Shown here piece after piece: positions 63,461 through 64,000 of a stretch of DNA of 64,000 nucleotides. Source of the DNA: Eukaryota sp. GEM-RC1 (Eukaryota); the NCBI GenBank assembly GCA_040285855.1, contig JAUFOQ010000002.1, positions 1,116,001 through 1,180,000 of the forward strand. Reading direction: 5' to 3'. The position numbers were made by a program, and so were the translations under genes. The notes beneath the pieces were generated by a model that searched no databases, was not told the origin of the DNA, and worked only from the letters and a program-made list of their open reading frames with translations. How positions within the stretch are numbered: the stretch's first letter is position 1; the number at the start of each line of letters is the position of its first letter.

Positions 63461-64000
63461 TTGTTGTATTAGATGTTTTAGAGTATTTATCCATTTTGTA
63501 TATTTAGTTGTATATTTAGGTTCCTTCATAAACAAACTTGAAGTATATTTTCTGCTATGATTGTGGAACTCCATCGAGCCTCCTAATTATAGATTGTGAT
63601 TGAGAAACTCAGTCAAGAGAATCCAGTAGTCGCAAATTGTTCAACTGATGAAAATCAGACGTCTGTTGTTAATCAACATTAATTCCCACAAATATACGGT
63701 CTATTGTTAAATGATCCTCAATATAGCTATGGAAACGGAAACACAAGATAAATACAAAAACCCTTTAATGACTCTTAAACATGTGAAACGTGTTGAATAT
63801 GAAATATGTACTTTGGATGTATCAATTTACGATCGTTTAGGAAAAAGTGGACTCAATTTTCAAAATGATGATAAAAGAGTCGTAAAAGAGGATGAACAAC
63901 CGTTTTGATCATATGTTAGTATATTGTATTCTGTTTGTAGAACAATTCACGGAATTGTTCGCTAAGCCTCTACTATCAGTGAGTTCCTTTTTGGAGTAAA

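Larger units (their letters stand above)
56938..63483. mobile_element. TA-flanked Tc1/mariner(pogo/Tc2)-like element carrying two nested insertions
   Basis: TA|CTCTAAAACATCTAATACAACGCCACCCCC (reconstituted at 59906-59935) matches the reverse complement of GGGGGTGGCG(62417-62426)...TTGTATTAGATGTTTTAGAG|TA (63464-63485). No intact internal ORF. Confidence 0.7.

Noticed and set aside
1..64000. Alternative genetic code or stop-codon readthrough as the cause of split ORFs
   Set aside because: The breaks are frame changes rather than in-frame stops, and TAA, TAG and TGA all end conserved genes.
1..64000. tRNA or rRNA genes
   Set aside because: None recognised by eye; tRNAscan-SE or Infernal would be needed to exclude them.

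Overview
This window is compact, intron-poor, AT-rich eukaryotic (protist-like) DNA read with the standard genetic code. Housekeeping genes include a ZSWIM2-like E3, a UCH deubiquitinase, a BCAS3-like propeller, Aurora kinase, a WDR20-like protein, a Rec114-like protein, Rab23 (with a 29-nt intron), a TVP15-like protein, ribophorin I, RRP41, a CCZ1-like protein, a PHB-depolymerase-like esterase and a very large repeat-containing multi-pass surface protein. These are interleaved with many transposons: two hAT elements with TIRs and 8-bp TSDs, several MITEs, a nested TA-flanked element, a non-LTR RT remnant and a Helitron-like 3' end. The standout locus is a ~1,260-aa Fanzor (eukaryotic TnpB-derived RNA-guided nuclease) at 16566-20341 (-). 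It retains all three RuvC catalytic motifs but is fused at its N-terminus to an apparently inactive family-B DNA polymerase 3'-5' exonuclease-like domain and at its C-terminus to a CCHC zinc knuckle. A structured candidate omegaRNA follows the stop codon. Many ORFs, including the Fanzor, are broken by single-base indels, mostly in homopolymers, which are probably assembly errors. All family assignments come from motif recognition by eye; no database searches were run.
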